In this document: positions 57,536 through 61,293 of the stretch, piece by piece | Layout of the letters: each line of letters starts with the position of its first letter | How positions within the stretch are numbered: position 1 is the first letter of the stretch | NCBI GenBank assembly: GCA_001600815.1 | Contig: BCKZ01000025.1 | Coordinates: 186,001-247,293 of the forward strand | DNA length: 61,293 bases | Reading direction: 5' to 3' | Origin: Alloascoidea hylecoeti | Lineage: Eukaryota | Notes under the pieces: model-generated | Database searches by the model: none | What the model was told of the DNA's origin: nothing | Seen by the model: the letters and a program-made list of their open reading frames with translations, nothing else | Made by a program: the position numbers and the translations under genes

Positions 57536-58013
57536 TGTAGTTAATAGTATTGTACTACAATAATCGAGTGATGATAAAGAAAGGAACCTGAGAGAAATTC
57601 AGAAGTATATAAAGATTTTTCTGACTCCCTTTCATACGTACTGTTCTTTCTGTTTTGGGCAGATAACTTTGTGATACCTTTAATTTTATTATGTGCTTAA
57701 GTATGTATAAATTTTATCTTAACCAGGTAGAATATTTTTTTAAAAAAAGACTTTTTCCATATTCTTCGATATTCAGATCGAGGTTCTCTTGCTATCCTTT
57801 ACGATTATTACATAGATTTTCATCTGTATTTCCATAAATAAAAATAAATTGTTAAACTTAGTTTCAGGAATATAAATATAAAGCATCTGCCCAAAACAGA
57901 AAGAACAGTACGTATGAAAGGGAGTCAGAAAAATCTTTATATACTTCTGAATTTCTCTCAGGTTCCTTTCTTTATCATCACTCGATTATTGTAGTACAAT
58001 ACTATTAACTACA

Positions 58014-58567
58014 ATGCTTTGTAGAACCTCCCCACAAAAAGGCTCATCTGAATCCAATTTTTATTTCAATAATGATTTTGTTGATGACTATGATTATTAT
58101 GGAGATGAGGACGTCGAATATTTCAATGCTGAATATCTCTTTAATGAACATTACAATGATTATTATAATGATTTGATACCAGTCACTGTAAAACAAATTC
58201 CAACTCCAACTACTCCTGTTACTCCTGTTATTCCAGTTATTCCTGACACAGTCAATTCAGCTTCCTCAGTTGTTTCGGTCGATGTCGACGTCGACGTCAA
58301 TCCAGATACCATCAACAGTAAAGTGGCCGTCCCATATGAATACACTATTGATGATGGTAATTCCTTAACTTTCCGAAAAGTTATGCCTGGAGATATTAAT
58401 CATGAAACTGATACCAAGTTCCGTGAACTAGAATCAATATTGGAAAGATGGGCTTTCAAGAAATCAGTCCCAGCCGATGATATTAAAAAAATAGTTTCAA
58501 AATTTTATCCTAATGGTCATAAAGGATTAATAACTATCTTTCTGAAGATATTTCCTTTTTTGAATGA
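58014..58567 (+). CDS. orphan 210-aa protein, right-arm copy (cut by gap)
   Basis: identical to the left-arm copy up to the N run. Confidence 0.6.
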
Positions 58568-58667
58568 NNNNNNNNNNNNNNNNNNNNNNNNNNNNNNNNN
58601 NNNNNNNNNNNNNNNNNNNNNNNNNNNNNNNNNNNNNNNNNNNNNNNNNNNNNNNNNNNNNNNNNNN
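58568..58667. other. assembly gap (100 N, placeholder-size)
   Basis: N run. Confidence 0.99.
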
Positions 58668-58796
58668 ATCTGCCCAAAACAGAAAGAACAGTACGTATGA
58701 AAGGGAGTCAGAAAAATCTTTATATACTTCTGAATTTCTCTCAGGTTCCTTTCTTTATCATCACTCGATTATTGTAGTACAATACTATTAACTACA

Positions 58797-59429
58797 ATGC
58801 TTTGTAGAACCTCCCCACAAAAAGGCTCATCTGAATCCAATTTTTATTTCAATAATGATTTTGTTGATGACTATGATTATTATGGAGATGAGGACGTCGA
58901 ATATTTCAATGCTGAATATCTCTTTAATGAACATTACAATGATTATTATAATGATTTGATACCAGTCACTGTAAAACAAATTCCAACTCCAACTACTCCT
59001 GTTACTCCTGTTATTCCAGTTATTCCTGACACAGTCAATTCAGCTTCCTCAGTTGTTTCGGTCGATGTCGACGTCGACGTCAATCCAGATACCATCAACA
59101 GTAAAGTGGCCGTCCCATATGAATACACTATTGATGATGGTAATTCCTTAACTTTCCGAAAAGTTATGCCTGGAGATATTAATCATGAAACTGATACCAA
59201 GTTCCGTGAACTAGAATCAATATTGGAAAGATGGGCTTTCAAGAAATCAGTCCCAGCCGATGATATTAAAAAAATAGTTTCAAAATTTTATCCTAATGGT
59301 CATAAAGGATTAATAACTATCTTTCTGAAGATATTTCCTTTTTTGAATGAAATAGTTTCGTATACACTTTTAGATGATCATGATGAAAATAATTACATTG
59401 GCATGGAATTTATTATGGAACTTAATTAA
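58797..59429 (+). CDS. orphan 210-aa protein, complete plus-strand copy (probably the same physical copy as 58014)
   Basis: protein identical to 56903..57535; one synonymous GAG/GAA difference. Confidence 0.65.
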   Translation: MLCRTSPQKGSSESNFYFNNDFVDDYDYYGDEDVEYFNAEYLFNEHYNDYYNDLIPVTVKQIPTPTTPVTPVIPVIPDTVNSASSVVSVDVDVDVNPDTINSKVAVPYEYTIDDGNSLTFRKVMPGDINHETDTKFRELESILERWAFKKSVPADDIKKIVSKFYPNGHKGLITIFLKIFPFLNEIVSYTLLDDHDENNYIGMEFIMELN

Positions 59430-60804
59430 TTAGAATCCATATTTTTAATAGACATTATAATTGTTATTTAATATTCGGTGTATCCTGTAACCAAACATGA
59501 AAATGGTCGTTACAATCCAAATATGATTCAGTGATAAATATGGCTTGGAAATATATATTCAATGTTCAAAAGCTGCTCTACCTCTCCATAAGGAACTATT
59601 CCTGAAATTATACCCTAGTCCCAATCAAGTAAGAATACCCTCTGGAAGTTTTCATTTGCATAAATATTTAAATATGTCATGTTTTTGTATTCCACCTTAA
59701 TAAACAGCTTTTATTATTATCAGGTTTCAATATATTAAAAAACTTTAATCATCACAAGACATGTATGTAAGTTATACTTATAACTTGATTTATACATAGG
59801 ACAGTGCATCGATTAAATAAACGTAGCACTATGTTAAATTATAAAAGTTAACTTCTAAAGTTCCTTAAAATATTGACGCTTTATTATAAATCTTTACTAT
59901 ATAAATCACTTATATATTGCTATATTTAAAAACGAGAAATATGAAATTGATATGGTTTCCTATTTTAGTTCATCTGGAATTAACTTCCTTTCCATAAATT
60001 GGGATAGACACATGATGTTTAGCCTGTGCATCTTCCAAAATACCTAAATGCAGATATGATATCTAGTTCTTGTTTCCAAGCCTCGTATGGATTGCTTAGA
60101 TGATTAAAATATTCTTCATAAACCGCATCCTGATTCACTCTAAACTGGTGCAAGTATACCATCTGTTTGGTGATATTTGAATATTTATCATCATGTTCCC
60201 TATGTCATTGGTACATTCTCATGATGTGCATTGTCACCATCAAGGAGATATCATTCATTTAAATATTGGTTTACAACGGGAATAGTTTCCTTTTGAGATC
60301 TTCTCTAGGTTTAACGAAGTCTCGATTCATATTGTATCTTAGTTTTCCTGATTAATTTCGACCACTAGCTGGCGCCGCCATTCGACTAGAGGGGATATTA
60401 TACACATAGCTACCCAGTAAATTACTACTGAGCTGTCCGGTTAGCCACATACCAAAGGGTTCAATATCTGAGGCAGGTATTCCAGCGAAATCGCAAACCT
60501 GCGTACCACTAGGTGCAAGATTGGTCAAGAATCCCGATAAAATTTAAAACAATTAAATGAATAAGAGAACATCATTACTTAATAAAATACACATTGACAC
60601 TGATAAAATGGTTACCATTGTTATGTGGAGTATTTACGGAATAGAAATAGAATTTTAGTTGTAGGGAATCTTGGCTTCTATTATAGGATTCTAGTCTAAA
60701 GAAAAGCAACCTCCTCGAAACCTTAAATTTCTTCTTCCTTTGCGTCTTTTATTCAACTTCCTTTTCTTTCCTTTTCTTTCCTTTTCTTTCCTTTTCTTTT
60801 CAAA

Positions 60805-61293
60805 ATGGAGACTATTGAATCAAAATTTAAATGCTTTGAAAAAGAAGTTGATGAAAAAATTAGGGAAAATGGTGATCACTTATACGAAATGGACATGAAG
60901 AAATTTTTTGGTGATCTCAGCAAAGAGGAAAATTTAAAACAATTGAGGGAGCTTTCGCACTCAAAAGTACTCCAGCATAGCAGAGAAGTTATATTAAGAA
61001 CCCTTTTATTCAACATACCGATGACGGGTTTGTTTCAAAAGCGTCCTCAAGGTACAGCCACAGAGATAAGAGGTACAGGTTTTAGAGGTACCAAAACAAA
61101 TAGAATTTCTGATTACTTCCACCCAATTTTATTTACTCTTGGGAAAGAGCTAGATTTTAGTGTGCAACAACAGTGGGTGGAGAAGAGAGTTTTACAAACT
61201 GACGACCCTGAAAAGTCTGAGTTTAATTTTCATTTGCGGATGATATTGTACGGGGGGTTGCGCATCCGAACTGAACTTAATGAATTTGATGTT
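60805..61293 (+). CDS. nuclease-kinase-like protein, copy 2 (first 163 codons; runs off the window)
   Basis: METIESKFKCF..; reverse-complement match to 40198-40686 except 5 nt; missing from the ORF track because no stop lies in the window. Confidence 0.85.
   Translation, partial: METIESKFKCFEKEVDEKIRENGDHLYEMDMKKFFGDLSKEENLKQLRELSHSKVLQHSREVILRTLLFNIPMTGLFQKRPQGTATEIRGTGFRGTKTNRISDYFHPILFTLGKELDFSVQQQWVEKRVLQTDDPEKSEFNFHLRMILYGGLRIRTELNEFDV

Larger units (their letters stand above)
56759..59572. repeat. long inverted repeat: left arm 56759-57664, spacer 57665-57884, right arm from 57885 (assembled twice around a gap, ending 59572)
   Basis: arms of about 905 bp; only three differences seen, all in the distal part. 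Confidence 0.9.

Noticed and set aside
58668..59350. A third, tandem copy of the 210-aa gene
   Set aside because: Sequence after the 100-N gap restarts exactly at the arm boundary (atctgcccaaaac), and the pre-gap copy stops exactly at the first base where the arms differ. This is typical of an unmerged contig overlap, so there are probably two real copies.
60361..60512. ACCACTAG direct repeat and a TGGCGCCG primer-binding-site-like word upstream of kinase copy 2
   Set aside because: No adjacent LTR ending in CA and no internal inverted repeats; an 8-bp match is weak

Overview
AT-rich budding-yeast (Saccharomycotina-type) chromosomal DNA with two assembly gaps (38559-38723 and 58568-58667). 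A conserved core (three CAN1/LYP1-type permeases, BNI1, SEC2, spliced AVT2, spliced TOF1, a RING-H2 gene, a TM9SF gene) is surrounded and interrupted by accessory DNA. The left 18 kb is a tandem duplication of [SNG1-like + orphan repeat-protein gene]. One orphan paralog expanded a Cys-Pro (heme-regulatory-motif-like) repeat to 29 CP dipeptides, and the other expanded a His/Arg/Pro repeat. Decayed Tc1-type transposase relics and a palindromic promoter element flank the CP gene. The best candidate for an undescribed system is a gene with a putative PD-(D/E)xK nuclease region plus a minimal kinase domain (Crinkler-REase/kinase- or Spok-like architecture). It occurs twice in inverted orientation about 20 kb apart, the resolved coding differences between the copies are all nonsynonymous, and one copy lies next to a palindromic pair of an orphan 210-aa gene and its older pseudogene. 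Also present: a TG..CA foldback element with a 5-bp TSD, a forkhead-site minisatellite, and sharp GC islands at gene 5' ends. All family assignments come from motifs read by eye, and no database search was run.
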